Notes under the pieces: generated by a model
The model's database searches: none
The model's input: the letters and a program-made list of their open reading frames with translations, nothing else
What the model was told of the DNA's origin: nothing
Shown: positions 56,301 through 64,000 of the stretch, in pieces
Position numbering within the stretch: position 1 is the first letter of the stretch
Layout of the letters: each line of letters starts with the position of its first letter
Program-made: the position numbers and the translations under genes
Origin: a virus
Taxonomy: Duplodnaviria; Caudoviricetes
IMG/VR virus record: IMGVR_UViG_3300025608_000011
Coordinates: 34,439-98,438 of that record
Strand: one strand, 5' to 3'
DNA: 64,000 nucleotides

Positions 56301-57374
56301 TTATAGATTCGCTATTGCTGTTTTAAATGCATTAAAATCAGCCGAAGAGGCTGTAATAGATTTTAATTCAGCAATACTTACATAACCCGGTATTGTTCCG
56401 TTGACTGCATCTACTAATACGTTAGAATCGTCCGCAAAAACAGATCCTTGTAAATCACCTATTAATGAATTAGCAATAACATTTCCGTTAAATTTACCGT
56501 TCCCGTCTACATCTAATTTTTCAGAAGGTTCAATGACAGATAATCCTAACCTTCCTGTATGACTCCAAATGGCTACATTATTCAGTCCAGTATTACCAGA
56601 AGCATCAAATGTTCCAAGTACAATTCTTCCTGGTATAATTCCGTCGCTTACACTAACATTATTATCAACAGCTAACTTTATATAAGATGCAACAGTATAA
56701 GAATTACCATCCCAGCCAGAACCCTGCAAATCTACGCAAGAGTCTCCTTGATCTACTACTGTAGGTGATAGTAAAGTACCCCTCGAACTATTAAAAGTCA
56801 TCGCAGGTCCTGGATTTCCGTTGGTTACGGACCGTAAATCAAATATTCTATCAGTAGTATCAGTTGCAAATCGAATAGTATCAGATGTTCTTATATCTCC
56901 TACAAATGTCCCGCTCACTTCTAAGTTAAGTGTATCTATTATAATAGTAGAATCATCTGCATACAATGATCCGTAAACATCACCTGTAAGATCACCCCTA
57001 AAAATACCAGTAATAATATTATTATCTGAATCTACTAACAGAGTACTATCACTGCCGACTATATTGATTTTTAGATCGCCATTAACAGTTGGATCGGTTT
57101 CTAACGTCAACACTGGTTTTGGCTGCCATTCGCCAGCTCCGGCATCCCAAACAAGAGCTTCGCCGTCAACTGGAGATACTGCTCCACTTGTATTAACATC
57201 AGTTAAGTCGTCAATACTTAATGCACCAACATTGGTATCAATAGGATTACCGCCTGGTGTTAATCCGTCACCTACATATACTTTCTTTGTGTCTAAAACA
57301 TAGATTAACTCGCCTGCCTGTGGCGTAATTGTAATTCTCTCGGCTTCGGTACCTCTTCTAAGACGCAGTGCCAT
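56301..57374 (-). CDS. Tail fibre-like protein with Mtd/hyaluronidase-type N-terminal domain
   Basis: LRLRRGT...GEL.Y..DTKKVYVGDG; GS..ADDS..LVD repeats; PSEKLDVDG; late promoter and AGGAG RBS. Confidence 0.7.
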   Translation of the reverse strand: MALRLRRGTEAERITITPQAGELIYVLDTKKVYVGDGLTPGGNPIDTNVGALSIDDLTDVNTSGAVSPVDGEALVWDAGAGEWQPKPVLTLETDPTVNGDLKINIVGSDSTLLVDSDNNIITGIFRGDLTGDVYGSLYADDSTIIIDTLNLEVSGTFVGDIRTSDTIRFATDTTDRIFDLRSVTNGNPGPAMTFNSSRGTLLSPTVVDQGDSCVDLQGSGWDGNSYTVASYIKLAVDNNVSVSDGIIPGRIVLGTFDASGNTGLNNVAIWSHTGRLGLSVIEPSEKLDVDGNGKFNGNVIANSLIGDLQGSVFADDSNVLVDAVNGTIPGYVSIAELKSITASSADFNAFKTAIANL

Positions 57375-57403
57375 AGTAACTCCTGATCAGTAATAATATA
57401 TAG

Positions 57404-57411
57404 TATTTATA
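57404..57411 (-). promoter_or_regulatory. T4 late promoter consensus TATAAATA
   Basis: Exact TATAAATA on the minus strand 30 nt upstream of 57374. Confidence 0.7.
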
Positions 57412-57426
57412 CAAAAAGAAAGTATT

Positions 57427-57741
57427 TTATTTTCTTTTCTTCATAAAAACGTGAGTTCGACGAGTAATGTCTTCTTTTATCTTTATAACATCGACCCTAA
57501 AATCTATGTTTTCGATATTATCGTCGTATTCGTCGAGAAGTTCGTTGATAACTTCACCTAGATTGTCTACAGTATTTTTTCTAGGATCATTTAAATCAAT
57601 AACCCAGATCTTACCATCGCTAAATGTTACATTAATAGACTCAAGGTATTCAAGGGGAATAGCTTTAACTTCTACATCCTTAAATACCTCTGGCCAATGC
57701 GCGATGACATCACTAGGTAGCTTGTTAGGCTTTTTAGGCAC
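57427..57741 (-). CDS. Hypothetical protein
   Basis: 104 aa, overlapping the upstream gene. Confidence 0.6.
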   Translation of the reverse strand: MPKKPNKLPSDVIAHWPEVFKDVEVKAIPLEYLESINVTFSDGKIWVIDLNDPRKNTVDNLGEVINELLDEYDDNIENIDFRVDVIKIKEDITRRTHVFMKKRK

Positions 57742-58342
57742 TTGTTTTTTTCTTTTTAGTAGGAACTAGTGCTTCTGCTTGTCTACGAAGTTCAGCAGCT
57801 TCTTTGCTTAAACGATCTGCATCACTGCGATATTTTTTAGCAAGTGCTTCGTCTGTCAATACTTCGTCCGTAGCTGACTGTAAGGGTTCTACAGCTGGTT
57901 CTACTACTGGAGTAGGCTCGGCAACTGTTTCTTGTACAGGAGTAGAACTAGAACCATCTTTGATAGCTAGTTCTTCAATAGGTACACCTTTTTGTTTTGC
58001 AATTGCTTCATTAAGCTCACTCAACAAGACACTTGCCTGTGTAGTTGGAGTCATTTCTACAATGTTAGTAGGAACTTTAGCCAACTTACCTTGTTGATGA
58101 AAAGCTGCAAGCATAATTCTACCATCTGGCAAACGAGTGCGAGCCATTGCTTCTGCAAGCTCATATGCAGTTTGTCCGGTGTTACTTTGCACTAAATTAA
58201 TCAAAGCATCATGCTGGTCTGCATCTAAACTTTCTGTGTGAACTACTAATGCAGTATATGGATCGCCTGGAAGAGTTCTATATGCTACCATTAGTTTTCT
58301 TTTATTTGTCGTTAAACGTCCGACATGTTTTAATTCGGCCAT
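57734..58342 (-). CDS. Hypothetical protein with C-terminal coiled coil
   Basis: GGAG RBS; low-complexity linker then AKKYRSDADRLSKEAAELRRQAE. Confidence 0.7.
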   Translation of the reverse strand: MAELKHVGRLTTNKRKLMVAYRTLPGDPYTALVVHTESLDADQHDALINLVQSNTGQTAYELAEAMARTRLPDGRIMLAAFHQQGKLAKVPTNIVEMTPTTQASVLLSELNEAIAKQKGVPIEELAIKDGSSSTPVQETVAEPTPVVEPAVEPLQSATDEVLTDEALAKKYRSDADRLSKEAAELRRQAEALVPTKKKKTSA

Positions 58343-58343
58343 A

Positions 58344-58580
58344 TTATTCTCCTTGTGTAGCTTGTCCTTGTTGTTCTGCTACAGCGGCTAAAAATGCTTC
58401 TAATTTACCGTAAGTTTGACCTACAGTAACCATTTCGTTTGGCTTAAAAGCACCACGTTGACTAGCAACGTCAATAACAGTTTTTAATGCAAGAAGATCT
58501 TGCACAGTTAATTCAGGAGCACCGCCTTGTGGCTGTTCTGTTTGTGCTTCTGTGTTTTCTACAGTAGTTTCATCGCTCAT
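58344..58580 (-). CDS. Hypothetical protein
   Basis: AAGGAG RBS and upstream ATAAATA; IDVASQRGAFK. Confidence 0.7.
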   Translation of the reverse strand: MSDETTVENTEAQTEQPQGGAPELTVQDLLALKTVIDVASQRGAFKPNEMVTVGQTYGKLEAFLAAVAEQQGQATQGE

Positions 58581-58607
58581 TAATAATCTCCTTTAAAGTG
58601 CGCATAT

Positions 58608-58614
58608 TATTTAT
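58608..58614 (-). promoter_or_regulatory. Late promoter (ATAAATA)
   Basis: Minus-strand ATAAATA before RBS of 58580. Confidence 0.5.
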
Positions 58615-58886
58615 TTGTATTTTAGGTGTGGGCAAGCCAAAGTGAAAAAACTTAGTTCTTTTGAATCTTCGAACCCTATTCTAAGAATTTGGCTTGTTTT
58701 CCCGTGTGTGATACCGATTGTAGTATCTATGTAGAATCGTCCTTTTAAATTAGATTCTATCCAGTTAATTATTGCCTGTTCTAAATTATAATGTATTGGC
58801 AGGCAAATATCCTCAAACCAAGGAGGACAGTAATCCATCCTCCTAAGATTAAGTACATCTAACGGTCTTAAACTATCAACCTTCAT
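58611..58886 (-). CDS. Hypothetical protein
   Basis: 91 aa in operon; W...NL.GR....IGFED..E..FF.L pattern. Confidence 0.6.
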   Translation of the reverse strand: MKVDSLRPLDVLNLRRMDYCPPWFEDICLPIHYNLEQAIINWIESNLKGRFYIDTTIGITHGKTSQILRIGFEDSKELSFFTLACPHLKYK

Positions 58887-60159
58887 AGTGTGCCGTTACT
58901 CCAAATGGGGCAACTAGGCTCTGGTCTCTGTTACTATGAATAACAAATACTGTATCGCAGTAACTATCGTCACCCCAGCTACCCCAAGGATATCCGTCTG
59001 TAAACATGATAAATTTCTTAGGTTGAATATCATGTTCTTTCATGTAGGTCCAGTTAACATCAAAGTCAGTACCACCGCCGCCTTTGATATTGTATTCTAG
59101 CAAATCTTTGCCTGAATCTGCACTAAAGTCTTCTTCACCATACACTTCTGTGTCAAAACACCACAACTTAATGTTGTAATCTTTGTATTCTTCCATGATG
59201 CCTTTTACTTCACTTAGGAAGTCTTTTGCTTGATCGTCACCGATTGACCCTGACATGTCTAATGCTACACAAATGTCAATTGTTTCATCAAAGTTCATAC
59301 CGGGCAAAATAGCATCTAAGTGCCATCCTCTGCGACTTGGACGAGCAAACGTATAGTCGTTGCGAATAGTGCTTTGAATCTGTTGACGCAAAATTTCACG
59401 CCAATTCATCTTAGGCTCTGTAAGCTCTTTGATCATACGCTCAACTTCTTTAGGCACATTACCTGCACCTGCGGCTTGTGCCGCTGACATCATATTTTCT
59501 TTAATCTCGTCGCGGATTTTTTCTAATTCTTCACGTGAGTAAGAAGGACGCTTGCTCTTTTTGCTCTTTCCGTCTTCGCTATCGTTGCCTTCGTTTGGAT
59601 CACTTTCCCAATCAACGTGCTCGTCTAGTAGTTCGCCAAGTTCTTCTAAAAACTCTTTGCCGCGCTCTTCTGCTTCTTTTTTAAGATCTTCATATACTTC
59701 TTCTGAAGTCCAGTCCGAGTATTTCCAATCTTGGAAGCAAGGAACTAGTTTAGGAATTTCTCCAATACGATCACGTACTAGTGTGTTGTTTACAATGTAG
59801 TCAGCTGCAATATTATACAGCATAGGATCGCGATCTTCTCTGCGAATTAAATGATCGAAGATACAATGCATAATTTCGTGTGCAATTACAAATTCAATTT
59901 CTTTGTTAGAAAGAGCATTAAAAAATTGCGTATTAAAATACAAGTTACGTCCGTCTGTGGCGGCTGTAGGACACCAGTCGTCACAATCTTGTACATTAAG
60001 GCGTGTAGCAATGTTACCAAAGAACGGATGACGTAGAAGAAGTCCTACTCGTGCAACAATAACACGGTCGAGCACTTCTTCACGCATTGCCGCAAGGGCT
60101 TCATCTGTGATATTTGGGTCTGGTTCAAAACTGCTTTTAATAGTTTCAGTACTAGACAT
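58876..60159 (-). CDS. DUF2201-type putative metallopeptidase with VWA domain
   Basis: TAATDG, AHEIMH (HExxH), DMSGS MIDAS, GGGGTDF, FTDGY. Confidence 0.85.
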   Translation of the reverse strand: MSSTETIKSSFEPDPNITDEALAAMREEVLDRVIVARVGLLLRHPFFGNIATRLNVQDCDDWCPTAATDGRNLYFNTQFFNALSNKEIEFVIAHEIMHCIFDHLIRREDRDPMLYNIAADYIVNNTLVRDRIGEIPKLVPCFQDWKYSDWTSEEVYEDLKKEAEERGKEFLEELGELLDEHVDWESDPNEGNDSEDGKSKKSKRPSYSREELEKIRDEIKENMMSAAQAAGAGNVPKEVERMIKELTEPKMNWREILRQQIQSTIRNDYTFARPSRRGWHLDAILPGMNFDETIDICVALDMSGSIGDDQAKDFLSEVKGIMEEYKDYNIKLWCFDTEVYGEEDFSADSGKDLLEYNIKGGGGTDFDVNWTYMKEHDIQPKKFIMFTDGYPWGSWGDDSYCDTVFVIHSNRDQSLVAPFGVTAHYEG

Positions 60160-60170
60160 TGCAGGTCTCC

Positions 60171-61256
60171 TTAAGACTGTGCCGCCCGAATATATTTGCC
60201 GTAACGCTCATGGAATTCATCAAAACATTCAACTTCGTCCGGATCAATAGGTAATGCATATTGTGTAAGAGCAAGTTTAATCCCCATTACAACAAGTTCT
60301 GTATCAAAATTGTCCATTGCAAAACGCAAGAAGTTGTTTACTTTACTATGGAATTTTTTATCATCTTTGTCTGCACTATCACGCAGTTCGTAGCACAACG
60401 ACACTGTTAGTGAATATTTTGCAGAAATTTCATTTGTGTCAAGTTTCTTAACTTTGCCATCTAAAATTGCTGAAGGATTAGGAAGTTTACTAGCAATCTT
60501 GCGATGAGCCATAAACTTAACAGCAAGACCTTCACCTACTGCACCACTAGTAAGATCAGTAATTACAGTTTCATCTACATCATCTTCTAGTAGTTCTGAT
60601 ACAAAAGACCACGAACGTGGAGTTGCAAATGAACGGCTTGGCGATTTAGGATCGAAGTCATATAAGTCTTGCTTGGCAAAGCTCAAATAGCCAACAACAT
60701 CTTGATGAATATCATTGTCTACTGCCCACGCAAACCAATCGTCAAAGTCAGGTTTGATTTCCAAGTGTACAAAACGGTTTGCCAACGGAGCCGGCATACG
60801 ATATGTAACACCTTTGTCGGCTTCGCGGTTACCTGCCGCAACAATAATAACATTATCAGGCAATGTGTAAGTACCAACCTTGCGGTTAAGGATCAACTGA
60901 TAAGCCGCAGCCTGTACAGCAGGAGCCGCAGAATTCATTTCGTCAAGGAACAATACAATTGTGTCGTATTTCGAAGCCATTTCAGCATCAGGCAATTCAC
61001 TTGGAGCACCCCATGTCATAGTACCTGAGTTGCTATCAAAATAAGGAATACCTTTAATGTCTGTAGGTTCCCAAAGACTCAAACGAATATCAATCAAATA
61101 AGAATTTGTAAAACTTTCTGTGATCTGCTTTACAATGTCAGATTTGCCAATACCCGGAGGTCCCCAAAGAAAAACTGGACGCTTCTTTTTAAATGCATGA
61201 AGTAAACTTCTTTTTGCATTATTAGGGGTTAATTGACGAGTTGCGATACCTTCCAT
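60171..61256 (-). CDS. MoxR-like AAA+ ATPase
   Basis: GPPGIGKS Walker A, LFLDE Walker B, AAGN, LANRF, TPRSW. Confidence 0.88.
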   Translation of the reverse strand: MEGIATRQLTPNNAKRSLLHAFKKKRPVFLWGPPGIGKSDIVKQITESFTNSYLIDIRLSLWEPTDIKGIPYFDSNSGTMTWGAPSELPDAEMASKYDTIVLFLDEMNSAAPAVQAAAYQLILNRKVGTYTLPDNVIIVAAGNREADKGVTYRMPAPLANRFVHLEIKPDFDDWFAWAVDNDIHQDVVGYLSFAKQDLYDFDPKSPSRSFATPRSWSFVSELLEDDVDETVITDLTSGAVGEGLAVKFMAHRKIASKLPNPSAILDGKVKKLDTNEISAKYSLTVSLCYELRDSADKDDKKFHSKVNNFLRFAMDNFDTELVVMGIKLALTQYALPIDPDEVECFDEFHERYGKYIRAAQS

Positions 61257-61294
61257 AATGTCCTCACTTAGTGGATTTCTTAACTTGTTTAATT

Positions 61295-61322
61295 AGTATA
61301 GCACCTCTGCTAGACTTGTCAA
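61295..61322 (-). promoter_or_regulatory. sigma70 promoter for the MoxR/VWA operon
   Basis: TTGACA (61322-17), 16 bp, TGc-TATACT (61300-295); GAGGA RBS. Confidence 0.7.
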
Positions 61323-61714
61323 CCGTTATCTTCTGATTTTTGTCTTTGGAGAGCTTTAGTGATACCATACTTTCTAATATCGCCGCTGAAAAGAGTAAGC
61401 TCAACTGCTTTCTTTTCATCTAATACATGTATAGCATTGCGTCCTAGATAATAAGGACAATCGATGAATTTATCTAAAAATATAATAGTTTGGGTAGTAA
61501 GTTCAAATTCTGGCGGATAAGGAATTTCGTATGCTTGTAAATCAAGTTCTTGCTGTATATAATCAAACCCAGCATCAGTAAGTCTTAGACCGCCTTCTGA
61601 TTTATTTCTAGTATTATGCCACCATAGTGGAGTATATTCTTTGATGGAGGCTTCGTTGACAGATTTGCCACCTTGTTTTAGAAAGATTTTTGTATAGGTT
61701 TCTTTCCAGTTCAT
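61319..61714 (-). CDS. Hypothetical protein
   Basis: 131 aa; GGLRLT..G; ATGA overlap. Confidence 0.65.
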   Translation of the reverse strand: MNWKETYTKIFLKQGGKSVNEASIKEYTPLWWHNTRNKSEGGLRLTDAGFDYIQQELDLQAYEIPYPPEFELTTQTIIFLDKFIDCPYYLGRNAIHVLDEKKAVELTLFSGDIRKYGITKALQRQKSEDNG

Positions 61715-62001
61715 TCAGTGTCAAGTTCCTCACCTTGTGTAAGTTTTACAACCTTAAAGTCGTTGCATTGGAACATCTGATTTAATTTCTTTGCTAGATT
61801 ATGTGCATGTCCTGGATTAGAAAAACTAACTTTTTTGTATTTAGGCCCTGGATAGTTTGTAATCATATTAGATGATTTTAAATTAAAAGGTTTACCCTGA
61901 TAGAACACTGCCCAGATTGCTTCAGCATCTAGTATTTGTTCTGCTTTATAAGTTTTTTTATTTATGTGTTCTAATAGCACTCGCGGCTTTGGCCTACTCA
62001 T
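61711..62001 (-). CDS. Hypothetical protein
   Basis: 96 aa basic; GPKYKKVSFSNPGHA; AAGGA RBS. Confidence 0.65.
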   Translation of the reverse strand: MSRPKPRVLLEHINKKTYKAEQILDAEAIWAVFYQGKPFNLKSSNMITNYPGPKYKKVSFSNPGHAHNLAKKLNQMFQCNDFKVVKLTQGEELDTE

Positions 62002-62030
62002 ACATGCATATCCTTAGTTATATACGCATA

Positions 62031-62037
62031 TATTTAT
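62031..62037 (-). promoter_or_regulatory. Late promoter (ATAAATA)
   Basis: Intergenic minus-strand ATAAATA before 62001. Confidence 0.5.
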
Positions 62038-62058
62038 CTCTTTTATAGTTAAGTGCTA

Positions 62059-62298
62059 CTATAATCCTCCACCGTCTACACTTATAGAAATAACTTCTTC
62101 ATCTGTAGATGATGATTTTACAAGTAATTCTTCGTAATCGCCGGCTAATCTTGCTAACACAATGCCTAGACAGTAAGATAAATTTTTTGCTGATTGTATA
62201 TCTACTCTTACTTCTTTTTGATTACTAGCGTCGGCAGATTTTACCTGCGAAATAAATTGCTGGATAGGATGAGTATTAATTGGATCTTTTGTTGGCAC
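62059..62298 (-). CDS. Hypothetical protein
   Basis: 79 aa in operon. Confidence 0.55.
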   Translation of the reverse strand: MPTKDPINTHPIQQFISQVKSADASNQKEVRVDIQSAKNLSYCLGIVLARLAGDYEELLVKSSSTDEEVISISVDGGGL

Positions 62299-62752
62299 GA
62301 CTTAGTTCCTGCTTCATTTCAAAATCTGTTTTAAACGGTCCGCGATATTCGTAGCGTTCAACAGTAATAAGTTTTGGACAAAAACTTTTAACCCATCCCT
62401 TGTCAAACCGGATAATATAATATCCTGCACAATATAGACTCTTTGATTTTTCACTTTTTGTAAAAAGTGGAAGTTTTTTCTTTACATCGTAGATTGCATT
62501 GTAAGGCTCGCAACTTGTAGCATATCCATTAACTTCATGATCTGTTTCTGTACTTACTGGATCAACACTGCTCCATGTAACTTCAGTACCGATTAATTTT
62601 TTAAATTGATTTATTTTTTTAAAAAATTTAGGACCTGAATGACATGCATACACATATTGATCTTCACTGGCACTAATTGTACCAACTTTTTCGCCATTGT
62701 TTTCTACAATCCAAAATTTATCTTTTAATAATTCTTTTGCTTTTACTGTCAT
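62276..62752 (-). CDS. Hypothetical protein
   Basis: 158 aa; LPLFTK...YCAGYY...FCPK...Y.GPFKT; ATGA overlap with rnh. Confidence 0.65.
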   Translation of the reverse strand: MTVKAKELLKDKFWIVENNGEKVGTISASEDQYVYACHSGPKFFKKINQFKKLIGTEVTWSSVDPVSTETDHEVNGYATSCEPYNAIYDVKKKLPLFTKSEKSKSLYCAGYYIIRFDKGWVKSFCPKLITVERYEYRGPFKTDFEMKQELSRANKRSN

Positions 62753-63732
62753 TGTGGATACCTCGCTTGTAATGGTTCAGCAAATCCTTGTGCCTGATCT
62801 GCAATTCTTTGTAAGTCCCATTTTGCACAAAACTTTAATAGACGCATGCCCACTTGTGTAATATTTTTAGTTTCTACGTTAGTAGTCATTTCGTTGATAA
62901 TTTCTCTAATATCTGCAGGTTGTGCAGTTAGATCACATAATGTAACATTACGATTATAATCATCAAGAACACGATGTTCTTCACCGTTGTGATCTACCCA
63001 ACGCTGTAACATCATGTTATTCCAATTGAATCCTTTTGTATTCTTATCTTCAAATGCTTCTAGCAATCCTACCTTGTTCTTTGTACCTTTTTTGCGTACA
63101 CCCGGATAAGCAGAGAACACATTGTCACTGGTATCGCCACGCATGCACTTTTCAAACAATAGCCACTCAGGGTCTGGAGCAGGCTTAGATTCTTTAGTTT
63201 TCTTATCTAAAACTTCTTTGCCTTTATCGTCAAAGTAGCCTTCATGTGTAATAGTAGTATTACTAACACCGTTGTACTGTTTCACATTAGGAGCAATAAG
63301 TTGTGCAAAGTCGCCATCTGTACTTATAATAATATGATTATCAGTAGGATGATTTTGTATCCAACCTGCAATCAAATCATCCGCTTCTAGTTGCGGATGC
63401 CGCAATACTGTACAATTTGTCTTTGTATCGATAAAATCTTTAAACTCGTCAAAGATTTCCCAAAATGCCTTATCTTCTTCTGCTTCTCTAGGAGACATTG
63501 CATCACGAGTTGCTTGTCTATTGCGTTTGTAAGGCTCATAATAATCCTTACGCCAGCTACGTCCTTCTAATAAAAAGACAACATGATCGGCATCAAAGTC
63601 CTGCCAAGCCTTTTTAATACTTTGGAATGTAACATGTAAAGCCATGCCTACTTTTGTGTCGATGTCGCCACGTACTACATGCCGAGCTCTAAAAAAAGTA
63701 TTAGCGGTGTCTACTAGGATATATGTACTCAT
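62749..63732 (-). CDS. rnh: T4-type RNase H / 5'-3' flap exonuclease
   Basis: ILVD..N, SWRK...PYK.NR, EADD.IA, STDGDF.QL, GD.SDNV. Confidence 0.88.
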   Translation of the reverse strand: MSTYILVDTANTFFRARHVVRGDIDTKVGMALHVTFQSIKKAWQDFDADHVVFLLEGRSWRKDYYEPYKRNRQATRDAMSPREAEEDKAFWEIFDEFKDFIDTKTNCTVLRHPQLEADDLIAGWIQNHPTDNHIIISTDGDFAQLIAPNVKQYNGVSNTTITHEGYFDDKGKEVLDKKTKESKPAPDPEWLLFEKCMRGDTSDNVFSAYPGVRKKGTKNKVGLLEAFEDKNTKGFNWNNMMLQRWVDHNGEEHRVLDDYNRNVTLCDLTAQPADIREIINEMTTNVETKNITQVGMRLLKFCAKWDLQRIADQAQGFAEPLQARYPQ

Positions 63733-63877
63733 GTCTCTCTTCGTAATATTCTGGTTTCATATCTAAGCTGTCATGGAGATCGAAAACTTCATGACCCTTC
63801 ATTATATAAAGTATAGCATCTTTTGCCGGTATTAGCAAGAGCTTTTCGTCCACAAAGTACAGTCTGTGTTCAATCAC
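63701..63877 (-). CDS. Small hypothetical protein (58 aa), below the ORF-track cutoff
   Basis: GTG start overlapping upstream TGA (GTGA); MIEHRLYFVDEKLLLIPAKDAILYIMKGHEVF... Confidence 0.4.
   Translation of the reverse strand: MIEHRLYFVDEKLLLIPAKDAILYIMKGHEVFDLHDSLDMKPEYYEERHEYIYPSRHR
63810..63838 (-). promoter_or_regulatory. sigma70-like promoter upstream of rnh
   Basis: TTGCTA, 17 bp, TGc-TATACT on the minus strand. Confidence 0.55.
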
Positions 63878-63999
63878 GATACTGAACTCTTTCCTTTGTC
63901 AATTGGTACTACATTAATATAACCCATTTCTCGCTGTGTGTCAAGTCCTTCTTCTTCCAACATCTGGATTACAATAGTCCTAAACCAAGCATCAACAAT
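63874..63999 (-). CDS. 3' end of a hypothetical gene entering from the window edge
   Basis: Open frame IVDAWFRTIVIQMLEEEGLDTQREMGYINVVPIDKGKSSVS*. Confidence 0.55.
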   Translation of the reverse strand: MVDAWFRTIVIQMLEEEGLDTQREMGYINVVPIDKGKSSVS

Positions 64000-64000
64000 T

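Noticed and set aside
56301-57374. Diversity-generating retroelement target (Mtd-like N-terminus)
   Set aside because: No reverse transcriptase, no TR/VR repeat pair and no C-type lectin tip seen.
1875-61028. Many 60-135 aa ORFs antisense to or nested in long genes (e.g. 2979-3296, 21021-21392, 52152-52559, 57804-58097, 60669-61028)
   Set aside because: They lie wholly within well-supported genes, lack RBS and motifs, and show typical shadow-frame composition.
1-64000. Alternative genetic code
   Set aside because: Code 11 gives near-complete coding density, including a 14.7-kb ORF; TAA, TAG and TGA all end genes at sensible junctions.
1-64000. CRISPR array, tRNA/rRNA genes, introns, inteins, transposases
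   Set aside because: No regularly spaced repeats, no intergenic space with cloverleaf motifs, no interrupted genes or recognisable signatures by eye.

Overview
AT-rich fragment of a large, T4-like/jumbo myovirus genome in standard genetic code. No tRNA, rRNA, CRISPR array, integrase or intron was seen. Four zones: (1) 1-22.6 kb, + strand: late virion module with a baseplate wedge C-terminus, a 4914-aa structural protein, three paralogous fibre-like proteins and TAAATA late promoters. (2) 22.6-56.3 kb: a ~34-kb run of about 40 genes, almost all tailoring enzymes. It holds 9 radical-SAM domains, 2 stand-alone SPASM-like proteins, 2 QueC-like PP-loop domains (one fused to a radical SAM), 3 nitroreductase-fold proteins, 4-5 glycosyltransferase-like proteins, a carbamoyltransferase, a DegT aminotransferase, an SDR, 2 methyltransferases, 3 Fe(II)/2OG-type oxygenases, 3 miniature ANL adenylation enzymes and a TctA/TctC transporter. 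(3) 56.3-57.4 kb: a late tail-fibre-like gene closing the island. (4) 57.4-64 kb, - strand: conserved-looking hypotheticals, MoxR AAA+ with a VWA/metallopeptidase, and T4-type RNase H. The best candidate for an undescribed system is the enzyme island, especially its duplicated radical-SAM/QueC-like/nitroreductase core and its transporter-adenylation arm. Several regulatory elements also stand out, including a promoter-embedded inverted repeat that covers an RBS. All functional calls come from motif recognition by eye, not database searches.
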